From IMG/VR virus record IMGVR_UViG_3300036773_000146, positions 64,001-128,000 of that record: 64,000 bases of DNA; one strand, given 5' to 3'. A program made the position numbers and the translations under genes. Below the pieces are notes generated by a model, which saw only the letters and a list, made by a program, of their open reading frames with translations, was not told the DNA's origin and did not search any database. Source of the stretch: a virus. This document shows positions 1 to 8,005 of this stretch, piece by piece. Numbering within the stretch: the first letter of the stretch is position 1; the number at the start of each line of letters is the position of its first letter.

Positions 1-45
1 CCAGCAACAGCACGGCTCCGGTCAGGCCGAGGATCTCCCAGGCGG

Positions 46-321
46 TCACACCTGGCCCCGGAAGAGGTCTTCCGGCTCGGCCTGGGCAGTCGGCGGCCGC
101 GCGACATGGGCGAGCCGGGCCGTCAGGGCCTCGTTCTCCTGCCGGAGGACGGTGTTCTGGGCCGTCAGCTGGCCCACGAGCGTCATCAGCTCGTCGAAGG
201 CCTTCCGCTGCCGGGCGGCCGCCTCGAAGGCCGTCACGGCCGTTTCGTCGGCGAACACGGCGGGCAGCTCGGCCGAGCGCCCGGTCTTCTGCTGGTCGTG
301 CCAGCTCTGTGGCTGCGGCAT
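46..321 (-). CDS. hypothetical protein, coiled coil
   Basis: 91-aa ORF with GC3-rich codons, closely packed behind 325..546. Confidence 0.6.
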   Translation of the reverse strand: MPQPQSWHDQQKTGRSAELPAVFADETAVTAFEAAARQRKAFDELMTLVGQLTAQNTVLRQENEALTARLAHVARPPTAQAEPEDLFRGQV

Positions 322-324
322 GGG

Positions 325-546
325 TCAGTCCTCCGTGAGCAGGGCGATGTCCAGGCCGAGGATGTCGGCCAGGTGGCGGAAGTCCTCGGCGTCGGCGGCG
401 AAGTGGGCCAGCTTCTTCACGGCCGCCTTCTCCGTCTCGTGCCGGGCCACGACGTCGGCGGCATACTGCTCCAGCTCGGCATCGGACACCACGCCAAACA
501 GCGGGGACGTGTGATAGCCCGCCGTGGTGATGCGGTCGAAGCTCAC
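325..546 (-). CDS. hypothetical protein
   Basis: GTG start overlapping the upstream stop (GTGA); 3' part of track ORF 325..837. Confidence 0.6.
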   Translation of the reverse strand: MSFDRITTAGYHTSPLFGVVSDAELEQYAADVVARHETEKAAVKKLAHFAADAEDFRHLADILGLDIALLTED

Positions 547-773
547 GCGGCACCGTCCAGGGCGAGGGCTTCGACGGTCTCGGGCAGCCGGTCGTGGAAC
601 CCGCCGCGCTCGTCGAGCGGGTATCCGTGCCAGCCCCGGTCCCAGGCGCGCCAGCAGTTCACCGCCTGGCTCTCGTGGTACGGGTTCTCGGAGTCCGGCA
701 GGCCAAGCAGGTTGGCCGTGTCGCCCTGCCGCCAGGCAAGCTCGGTCGCTTCCGTGCGGGGAATGACTGTCAC
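543..773 (-). CDS. ribosome modulation factor (Rmf/CrpP-fold)-like small protein
   Basis: AWRQG..A...G....NPY......RAWDRGW pattern; RBS GAAGGGA before GTG at 773. Confidence 0.55.
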   Translation of the reverse strand: MTVIPRTEATELAWRQGDTANLLGLPDSENPYHESQAVNCWRAWDRGWHGYPLDERGGFHDRLPETVEALALDGAA

Positions 774-856
774 GTTGTGTCCCTTCAGTGTTGGACATGA
801 ACATGGAAGCGCCCTCCACCCGACGGCCCCAGGACATCCGCCGAGCAGAGGGTCGC

Positions 857-1225
857 TCATCCTGATTCGTGGTACCTCAGCGGCCCATGAACCAGGACGT
901 ACTTGGCAAGGACGTCCCGCGAGATCCGGCCGCGCTCGTTCACCTTGAGCCCCTGCTTGGCCGCCCACGCCCGGATGGCGAGGGACTCGGCCTTGTGGGC
1001 CTCCTTGGGCGTCATGCCCTCGGTGATCTGCAAGTCCATCACGGGCGTGGCCGCGTCGACGAACTCCTGCAGGCGCTGGCGCAGGTCGGTCGCGTTCTCC
1101 TTGCTCAGATCGATCATGTAGTTGATCCCGTCCAGGCCGAAGATGAGCTGCTCGTCGGCCACCACCTGGTGGCCCCGCGCGCGTTCGAGGTCGTCCACCT
1201 TCTGCCGGATGACCTGCTCTGCCAT
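857..1225 (-). CDS. lsr2: Lsr2-like nucleoid-associated protein
   Basis: VDDL..., FGLDGINYMIDLSKENA dimerisation domain; IRAWAAKQGLKVNERGRIS AT-hook domain; RBS GAAAGG. Confidence 0.93.
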   Translation of the reverse strand: MAEQVIRQKVDDLERARGHQVVADEQLIFGLDGINYMIDLSKENATDLRQRLQEFVDAATPVMDLQITEGMTPKEAHKAESLAIRAWAAKQGLKVNERGRISRDVLAKYVLVHGPLRYHESG

Positions 1226-1359
1226 CGTCTGCCTTTCGAGCGAGTTTCGCGTGTAATTTCCCAGAGTTCTGAGGAGATCCGAGCGTATCTCGATCACCTC
1301 TTTCACCGCAATGGCACCGGTATAAGCAGTGCCTTTTCGAGCTGATAAGAGTACTAATT

Positions 1360-1389
1360 GAGCCCGGGAGGAGTGGCCCTCCCGGGCTC
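1360..1389 (-). terminator. stem-loop terminator downstream of the endonuclease VII gene
   Basis: 12-bp inverted repeat GAGCCCGGGAGG/CCTCCCGGGCTC, followed by AT-rich sequence. Confidence 0.7.
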
Positions 1390-1394
1390 GGGGA

Positions 1395-2243
1395 CTACAG
1401 GCGCGAGCGGCACACCGGGCCGATCCCGGCCGTGTCCTGGAGGTACTTCAACAGCTTGGCCACACGGTCCGGGCAGTCAGCGACCATGCCAGCCGAAGAG
1501 TTGCACGCTCCGCACAGCAAGCCCCTGAACTCCCCGGTGGAGTGATCATGATCGACGTGAACCCGATTGCCCGGCTCGGGCGTCCCTTCCCACCCGCAGG
1601 CTTCGCAGCGATTGCCCACCTGCGCCAACCTGTCCAGCACCGCGTCTGCGTCCACTTTGAGCGTTCTGGCACTTTGCCGGAGAGCGCGGTAGAGCCACCT
1701 TTCTGGGTCGGCCTTCCACAGCTCCCGGTCTTTGTCCCTAGCCGCCTTCCTGCGCTCCTCGTACACGTCCGGGCTGTCAGCTTTTAGAGTGCGGAGCCGA
1801 TCCCTGGTCTCGCGAGCAGCGCAGTCCCGGCATCGGGACCGAAGCCTGGTACTCCCGTGCGTGGTCTTCCGCCACCCGAATTCCTCGACCGGCTTGGTCA
1901 ACCCGCAACCGGTGCACTCCTTCTCCGCCTTCGGCGGCTCGAAAGACTTCTCGTAGCAGATGGCGCAGACGTTGCTGCCCTTTCGCTTCTCCCGGCCGCA
2001 GGGGCAGGCATCGCTGCGCACCGACTGGTCGTAGTGCCGAGCGCAAAGGCCCTTGCTGCGCACCGGCTCTCCGCAGTCATCCAGCACGCAGACGCGCCCT
2101 TTGGCTGGCTGGTACTTCGGCAGTGTCGGCCCGACGTCCTTGCGACCGCTTCGGATCCAACGGTCGTAGTGGAGGGCGCAGAGCCCCTTGGTCCTCGGCG
2201 GCTCTGCGCATCCGCCCACTTCGCATTCTGTGGAATCTGTCAC
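1395..2243 (-). CDS. free-standing endonuclease VII-family (HNH) homing endonuclease with N-terminal Zn-binding repeats
   Basis: VHVDHDHSTGEFRGLLCGACN motif; two CxxxxC...KGLCxxHY repeats and a CxxC...CxxC finger. Confidence 0.88.
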   Translation of the reverse strand: MTDSTECEVGGCAEPPRTKGLCALHYDRWIRSGRKDVGPTLPKYQPAKGRVCVLDDCGEPVRSKGLCARHYDQSVRSDACPCGREKRKGSNVCAICYEKSFEPPKAEKECTGCGLTKPVEEFGWRKTTHGSTRLRSRCRDCAARETRDRLRTLKADSPDVYEERRKAARDKDRELWKADPERWLYRALRQSARTLKVDADAVLDRLAQVGNRCEACGWEGTPEPGNRVHVDHDHSTGEFRGLLCGACNSSAGMVADCPDRVAKLLKYLQDTAGIGPVCRSRL

Positions 2244-2821
2244 GAGAGGTTAGTGTAACAAGTCGGGCCGATGCCTCGGCTTCTGGACACCTCGTCGGTG
2301 AGCGTCCGGCCGCAAACGCCGCACTCGCCGATCTCCTTGCCGTAGCGGGCCGTCGCCTCCAGGACGCCATCCGACTCGATCTTCCGGAGCACGGAGCGGG
2401 CGACCACGAACGGCAGCTCGCGCTCCTCGTCCGAAGCCATCACCGCGACGGTGACGTAGCCGGTCTTGGACACCCGCACCCGGTAGAAGGCGGTCTCGCC
2501 GTCCTTGTTGTCCACGGCGTAGCGGCCGTCCGGCACCTCGGGCAGCTTTGGGCGCGGCGTGCGGTCCTCGCGAGGGTCGACCTGCTGGCCCAGCCGGTGC
2601 TCGTTGCGCTCGTCCTTCAGCGCGCTGATGGTGTCGCTGGCCTTGGCGGCGGTGAGCTGACCGGCCTGGTCCTGGGCGCGCAGCTCGAACCACAGCTGAC
2701 GGCCGCGCTCCACGTCGTACTCGGCGATCTGGGTAAGCAGGTCCGTCAAGAAGTCGATCTGGCCCTGGCTGCGCTGGCGCGGGGCGCTGGCGGTGCGGGG
2801 GAAGTTGCGGGTCGAGTTCAT
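2240..2821 (-). CDS. DUF6011-type Zn-finger protein
   Basis: C-terminal CGVCGRTLTDEVSRSRGIGPTC motif. Confidence 0.75.
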   Translation of the reverse strand: MNSTRNFPRTASAPRQRSQGQIDFLTDLLTQIAEYDVERGRQLWFELRAQDQAGQLTAAKASDTISALKDERNEHRLGQQVDPREDRTPRPKLPEVPDGRYAVDNKDGETAFYRVRVSKTGYVTVAVMASDEERELPFVVARSVLRKIESDGVLEATARYGKEIGECGVCGRTLTDEVSRSRGIGPTCYTNLS

Positions 2822-2857
2822 CGTGGCCTCCGGTGCGGCTGCGTGCTGACCTCGTTG

Positions 2858-2886
2858 ACACTACCCTTCCGGGTAGTCTTCGTCAA
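2858..2886 (-). promoter_or_regulatory. sigma70/HrdB-type promoter with palindromic operator
   Basis: TTGACG-17-TAGTGT on minus strand; ACTACCCTTCCGGGTAGT at 2860-2877. Confidence 0.75.
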
Positions 2887-3250
2887 CACTGATCATGATA
2901 GTCAGCTTGTCGGATCCCATCGGCTCGACCAGGAAGGACCGGCCCCAGTCGTTCGCCTCGGTGCCGATCCGGCGCTGCACGACGTCCACCCACACCCAGA
3001 ATGCGGCCCAGTCGCCGGGCCGGACCCGCGAGGAGATCTTCAGGTCCGCAAGCCACGGATACTGCTCGCAGACATGCCTATCGGCCATGTCGAGCAGGAG
3101 GCTCGGGAGGAACCGCGCGGGGATGGGCAGACCGGTCAGGTGGGTCATCAGCGCGGAAAGAGAACGCGTCTCGCCCGGCACGAGCAGGATCGTGCGCATC
3201 CGCAGGGCCAGCAGGTCGGCCAGGTGGAAACCGGCCTGCTCGCGGATCAT
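2861..3250 (-). CDS. hypothetical protein
   Basis: ATG overlapping upstream stop (ATGA); GC3-rich codons. Confidence 0.6.
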   Translation of the reverse strand: MIREQAGFHLADLLALRMRTILLVPGETRSLSALMTHLTGLPIPARFLPSLLLDMADRHVCEQYPWLADLKISSRVRPGDWAAFWVWVDVVQRRIGTEANDWGRSFLVEPMGSDKLTIMISVDEDYPEG

Positions 3251-3591
3251 GCCCGGCCCCAAGCCAGATCGACCACCTTCTCCAGCGGCTCGCCCGCGCG
3301 ATCGCGATCCAGCGCGGTATTGAGTGCGTCGATTCCCTCGGCGAGCGATTCGCCGACCCGCTCCTCGGTCACCCCGGGTGGCATCATGACCGTCCGGGAG
3401 TGCCAGTAACCGTCGATCGACACCGTCGGCGTGGCCACGTGCAGAACGGGGACGGAGATGACGCCACCGGGCGCCGACGGATTGGGCAGCATGGTCATGA
3501 AGACCGTCCAGTCGAGGTCGAAGGACGGCGGCTCGGCCTTCAGCCGGGCCCGGACGGACTCGCTCAGGGCGAGCACGGTTTCGCGGTTCAT
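3247..3591 (-). CDS. hypothetical protein
   Basis: RBS GAGGAGGA, 114 aa. Confidence 0.65.
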   Translation of the reverse strand: MNRETVLALSESVRARLKAEPPSFDLDWTVFMTMLPNPSAPGGVISVPVLHVATPTVSIDGYWHSRTVMMPPGVTEERVGESLAEGIDALNTALDRDRAGEPLEKVVDLAWGRA

Positions 3592-3592
3592 G

Positions 3593-3838
3593 TCAGTCCT
3601 CCTCGTCGTCGAACAGCAGGGTCTCCACTTGATCGAAGTTCAAGCGGACATGTCCCTTGCCGTCGCGGGTCGGGGCGACCACTTCCGGCTCGACCCCGAT
3701 CTCCCGCAACCAGGAGCGGATCTCCCGGGCGTGCTCGGCGTGCTGGCGGGCCTCGGGCGTGTCCGGCACGCGCTGTTCGCGCGCTGTGCGGACACGCTGG
3801 CGGCCACGCGGATATGCGGGATGGTCGACGCCACTCAT
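3593..3838 (-). CDS. hypothetical protein
   Basis: RBS GGAGGAGG before ATG at 3838. Confidence 0.6.
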   Translation of the reverse strand: MSGVDHPAYPRGRQRVRTAREQRVPDTPEARQHAEHAREIRSWLREIGVEPEVVAPTRDGKGHVRLNFDQVETLLFDDEED

Positions 3839-3914
3839 CGCTGCCTCCTCCAGTGCGGAATTCAACTACCCGTCATCCTCTCACACGGACGCGGCCAGCC
3901 ACGGTCACGCGAGA

Positions 3915-6731
3915 TCATCGGACGGCCGGACTGTTGCTCCAGTCGGCCGGGGCGGCCAGCGACTCGGGGTGCTCCGCAGCACGCTGGTGGCACAGGAACA
4001 GCTCCTGCATGAGTCCTTTTTGGTCCAGTGCCTTCTCGACGGCGTTCCTCGCGTCCCACCAGCCCTCGCCCTGCGGGCCGAAGGCGTCCGAGCGGTTGCT
4101 GTGCACGAACTCCCACAGCGCGCTGCCGTTCTGCGTCCGGTACGGCTCGGGCATCTTGAGGATGCCCTCGGCCATCAGGATGATCCCGTGCACCTCGTCG
4201 GCGAGTCCCTGGCCCTCGGGGAAGCTGGCCATGGACCAGTCGGGCAGGTCCGGCGGCCGGACGATCCAGGTCTCGGTCACCACGTCCCAGGCCGCGTACG
4301 GCCGGATCAGCCGGATGTCCCAGCCGAGCAGGTTGGCAAACCAGGTTTCGTCCCACACGCCCTCGATACCGGGAAAGCGCTTCTGCGGGTCGTTCAGCTC
4401 GGCGTGCATCTGCTGGGTCAGCCCGGTGGCGATCTGGTCGTCGGTGGCGCCCAGGAAGCTCGGATTACTCTCCCGGAAGCGCATGTAGTGGATCCCGATC
4501 GAGAGGTCGAAGTCGTTGTTCCCGTGCAGGGTCTTCGAGGTCCAGGTGGAGGCCTCTGATCCGAAGAACACGACCTTCGCCCAGGTCTCGTGACCGACGT
4601 AGCCGTGCCGCGTGCAGAACGCGTCGAAGGAGGCCATGATGTCGGTGCGCACCGGCTCCTTGAGCCGCGCGTCTTCCCAGATGCGGGTGTCCAGGCCGTA
4701 GGTCCGGCCGAACAGCCGCTCCCTGGGCGCGGTGTAGCGGGCCTCGTGCGGGATGGGGCTCCGCGTGAGCCGGGAGAAGGTTCCCGCCGCGTCCGGGCCG
4801 AGGTGCTGGTGGTAGAGCTGGTGCGCGGCCTGCTGGAACTCCGGCCCGTGGCCGCCCGCTCCCTCACCGGTGCCTGTGAGGATGTGGGCCATCTCGTGCA
4901 ACAGGGTCAGGTCGTTCGTGTGCTCGCCGGACAGCCCGATGTGGTTGAGCCCGTCCGTGGTGGCCTGGCCGGAGTCCGGCTTCCGCAGGTCCCAGTGTTT
5001 CGGGTGCACCTGGATGCCGCCGGGATGTCCATGCTCAGCCAGCACACCGTTGACGAACTCGTGCACAGGCCGGTGCGCCTCGGCGCGCGCGGGGTTGTCC
5101 CAATGCATGGCGGGCACGTGCCAATCCCGGCCCGCGTGCCCGGCGCGTTCCATGGCCTCCTCGGCCACCGACACGCGATCCTCGTCGGAGAGCACGGCGT
5201 TGCGCCGGATGCCCTGCTCATAGGTCTCGTCGTGGTTGCCCGCGCTGAGCACGTGCAGCTCGTCGCCGACGGTGCGGTGCACCACGCGGGTCTTGAAGTT
5301 GAGGTTGGTGGCCTGCCAGCCCTTCAGCGGCCCGTTGAGCGCGTGCGTGGACGCGTGGCTGTTCCCGCGCCGCAGGTCGTCCACGCGGTCGTGGTAGGCC
5401 AGCTGGACGGGCTTGGACAGACGCCGGAGGTCGGAGGCGACCTTCGGGTGTTCGGCTAGCGCCTTGAGCGGCGCGCCGATGGAGTCCCGGCCGGAACCCG
5501 GGGCCACGTCCGATGGTCGTCCCGCGTCCTCATCGTCAGCTCGGCGCGCCACGTCGGGTGCATCGTGACGTGGCTTGCCTTTGCCTGCCGTACGGCCATG
5601 GTTCTCCTCTTTGTGGCGCGGGTCCAGGTGCTCCCAGTGGTCCACCGTGACCGGGGTGTCGTGGAAGGCGATCGCCGACTTGTGGCTCTCCGGCCCCTCG
5701 TGGGAGTTGCCGTAGACGATCCCGTCGTGGCCCCGGTCCTTCAGGTGGGCCAGGAAGCCGTCGGAAATCGCGTGGCGCTTCGGGTGGTGCCCGAGCCACG
5801 TCTCTTTCTGGTGCAGAGAGGCGTCCTCGGTGCCGAACTCGTCGATCTCGTCCACGTTCGGGTCCGGGTGACGGCCGTGATGCAGGCCGCGATCCCGGGC
5901 CCAGCCGATCGCGTGGTCGGTCAGCTCGTGCTCGTTCTCGTAGTCGGCCGGGTTGGCCATGTGCAGCCGCGCGTGCGCGACCCGGCTGTCCGGCGAGGCG
6001 CCCTTGCGGATGGCGATCTGCTTGGCCACGTCGCGCAGGGCCGTGTAGTGGGTGCCGAGGTCGGTGGACCAGTTCTCCGCGTGAGCACCCTCGTAATCCC
6101 AGCGCGGCGACTTCGGCGCACCCTCGTACGGCGTCGCGGTGCCGTGGTACCAGTGCTTGCCCTCCGGGCCGCCAAGGCCGTGCCCGAGATCCGCGTAGGG
6201 GTTGGGGTGCGACGGCGGCACCTCGGCCGCCGCGCGGCTAAAACCCAGACGGCGGTTGGTGACGTCCAGGGATTCGACGCCATTCCGGTGGGCCATCCGA
6301 TCCGCGAGGATCCGGTGGTGCCCCCCCGCGATCCAGTGCTGGCCCTCGTGTTCCCAGGTGTGAGGCTCGCCCGGTCGGGGCCCGATTCCGCCCCCGCCGG
6401 TGTACGGATGGCGGATGTAGTGCTCCAGGCCACTTTTGTACAGCGTGTCCTGCGAGGTGTGCAACGGGACGTCCGGCCGATGGTGCACAGGGACGCCTTC
6501 GTGCTGGGGGACCGCGTGGTCGTCGTCGACCTCTCCGGCCTCCCAGGGGTCCTCGTCGTGCAGATGAATGTTGTGCTCGCGCATCAACTGCGCGGCGTCG
6601 CGGCCCTGGATCAGCTCGTCGAGGCCGTCCAGGCGGTACAGGGCATGCCGCTGCGCGTCGTCGAGCCCATCGGACGCCGTGACGTACCGGTGCAGCGCGG
6701 CCCGCCCGCGCTTGATCCTCATCGCCGCCAC
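3915..6731 (-). CDS. polyvalent protein: ParB/Srx-like + ADP-ribosyltransferase-like + RelE/ParE-like + SprT-like zinc peptidase + pol-beta nucleotidyltransferase (start may be ATG 6722)
   Basis: WIAGGHHRI; WYHGT..LGTHYT..GHDGIVYGNSHE; ASDLRRL..HALNGPLKGW..RVVH..GNHDETY; LLHEMAH..GHGPEF; FFGSEAS..NDFDL. Confidence 0.8.
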   Translation of the reverse strand: MAAMRIKRGRAALHRYVTASDGLDDAQRHALYRLDGLDELIQGRDAAQLMREHNIHLHDEDPWEAGEVDDDHAVPQHEGVPVHHRPDVPLHTSQDTLYKSGLEHYIRHPYTGGGGIGPRPGEPHTWEHEGQHWIAGGHHRILADRMAHRNGVESLDVTNRRLGFSRAAAEVPPSHPNPYADLGHGLGGPEGKHWYHGTATPYEGAPKSPRWDYEGAHAENWSTDLGTHYTALRDVAKQIAIRKGASPDSRVAHARLHMANPADYENEHELTDHAIGWARDRGLHHGRHPDPNVDEIDEFGTEDASLHQKETWLGHHPKRHAISDGFLAHLKDRGHDGIVYGNSHEGPESHKSAIAFHDTPVTVDHWEHLDPRHKEENHGRTAGKGKPRHDAPDVARRADDEDAGRPSDVAPGSGRDSIGAPLKALAEHPKVASDLRRLSKPVQLAYHDRVDDLRRGNSHASTHALNGPLKGWQATNLNFKTRVVHRTVGDELHVLSAGNHDETYEQGIRRNAVLSDEDRVSVAEEAMERAGHAGRDWHVPAMHWDNPARAEAHRPVHEFVNGVLAEHGHPGGIQVHPKHWDLRKPDSGQATTDGLNHIGLSGEHTNDLTLLHEMAHILTGTGEGAGGHGPEFQQAAHQLYHQHLGPDAAGTFSRLTRSPIPHEARYTAPRERLFGRTYGLDTRIWEDARLKEPVRTDIMASFDAFCTRHGYVGHETWAKVVFFGSEASTWTSKTLHGNNDFDLSIGIHYMRFRESNPSFLGATDDQIATGLTQQMHAELNDPQKRFPGIEGVWDETWFANLLGWDIRLIRPYAAWDVVTETWIVRPPDLPDWSMASFPEGQGLADEVHGIILMAEGILKMPEPYRTQNGSALWEFVHSNRSDAFGPQGEGWWDARNAVEKALDQKGLMQELFLCHQRAAEHPESLAAPADWSNSPAVR

Positions 6732-7147
6732 GTCCGGTGCTGCCAGTCGTCGCCGTCCCGGTCGTACAGCTCCGCCACATCCGGCGGCGGCTCCATCTCG
6801 TGGCTGACGACGAACCCGACGGGACTGCGCGCATCACCGGACCGTGGGTAGCGCTGGCGACCTTGTGCGTCCAGCTCCGGATCGGACTCCACATGATGGT
6901 CGCTGCCGATCGGGTGCACGGCGTAGACCCGGGGCCGCCCGGGACTCACGGGATCACGATCGGAATGCTGCCCATGTGCCTCGCTGGCGTACTCCCAGGC
7001 GTCCTGGAGGTTCGTGGTGGCGTAGGCGTAATTCGGGTCGGACAGGTGATGGTCGTGCAAGGTGCCCGCGCCGTGCTGCGTCGCCGGGAGGATGTGCGTC
7101 ACGTGCGGAACCGACGTGCCGTGGTAGTAGAAGTCCAGCTCCGGCAT
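6719..7147 (-). CDS. Arr-family (rifampin ADP-ribosyltransferase-like) NAD+-dependent ART
   Basis: FYYHGT, YAYATTNLQDAWEYA, PRVYAVHPIG..ESDP, RSPVGFVV.E motifs; RBS GAGGAG. Confidence 0.78.
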   Translation of the reverse strand: MPELDFYYHGTSVPHVTHILPATQHGAGTLHDHHLSDPNYAYATTNLQDAWEYASEAHGQHSDRDPVSPGRPRVYAVHPIGSDHHVESDPELDAQGRQRYPRSGDARSPVGFVVSHEMEPPPDVAELYDRDGDDWQHRTWRR

Positions 7148-7157
7148 ACCCGCTCCT

Positions 7158-7970
7158 CTACAGTCCGTGCCGCTGGCGCAGCGTGTCCAGCACCCACTTG
7201 CCGTCGCGGAATTGCCCGACCGGCCGACCGGCCAGCGGGGTCTCCTGCTTCGGCGTCGGCTGCTTGGCTGCCAGCTTCTCGCCCTTGGCGGCCCAGTGGG
7301 TCTTCTGTTCGTCAGTGGCCGGGTAAAGGTGCGCGAACGAGTGGTATCCCTCAGGCGGGTTCTCGCGTTCGTGCTCGGGCAGGTGCGAGTACTTCTGCTG
7401 CCAGCCGCCGTGATCCTTCATCGCATCCGGATCGAGCTTCGGGTGCAGGTACTTTTCCGAGAAGTCGTGCAGGTCGAAGTAGGCCTTTTGCCGCTGATCG
7501 ACGGCGAACTTGCGCACGTCGCCCTCGTCCTTGAAGTGCCTGCTGGCGTCGAGGTAGACCTTGTTCTCCGCGCGGTCGAGCCAGCCGCCCTGGTAGCTGT
7601 CCGGCTTGGCCAGGTGCTCGGCGGCGGCCTGCCGGTGCGCGGCGATGTGCTCGGGCTGGATGTCCTTCAGATCATGGACGGTGGCCATCCCCGAGCCCTC
7701 GGGCGCGTGGTAGGAGGCCATGAAGCCGGACGACGGAGCACCACCGCGCGCCGGGTGACTGGAGAAGCCGCCGTTGGCCACCAGGTCGTGCAGACGGCCG
7801 TGGTCGTACTCGTTACTGCCCGAGGGCGCGGTGGCCGTCCGATGACCGGCTGAGGCCCCCGCAATGGCATTCAGTGCCTCCTGCGGGTCATCCGGCAGGA
7901 ACAGGTGGACGAAGCGGCCGCCGGACTTGGCGGCCGTGTGCAGTCCCCACAGCGAGGGCTCGAAGGTCAT
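7158..7970 (-). CDS. hypothetical protein with possible SAM-lyase-like domain
   Basis: GGFS..GFMAS..GGWLD...KVYLDAS.....QKAYFDL pattern; ATG 7970 with GGGAG RBS. Confidence 0.55.
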   Translation of the reverse strand: MTFEPSLWGLHTAAKSGGRFVHLFLPDDPQEALNAIAGASAGHRTATAPSGSNEYDHGRLHDLVANGGFSSHPARGGAPSSGFMASYHAPEGSGMATVHDLKDIQPEHIAAHRQAAAEHLAKPDSYQGGWLDRAENKVYLDASRHFKDEGDVRKFAVDQRQKAYFDLHDFSEKYLHPKLDPDAMKDHGGWQQKYSHLPEHERENPPEGYHSFAHLYPATDEQKTHWAAKGEKLAAKQPTPKQETPLAGRPVGQFRDGKWVLDTLRQRHGL

Positions 7971-8005
7971 GGGGGCTCCCGAGGCAGAAGAGGCGGTCTT
8001 CGCCT

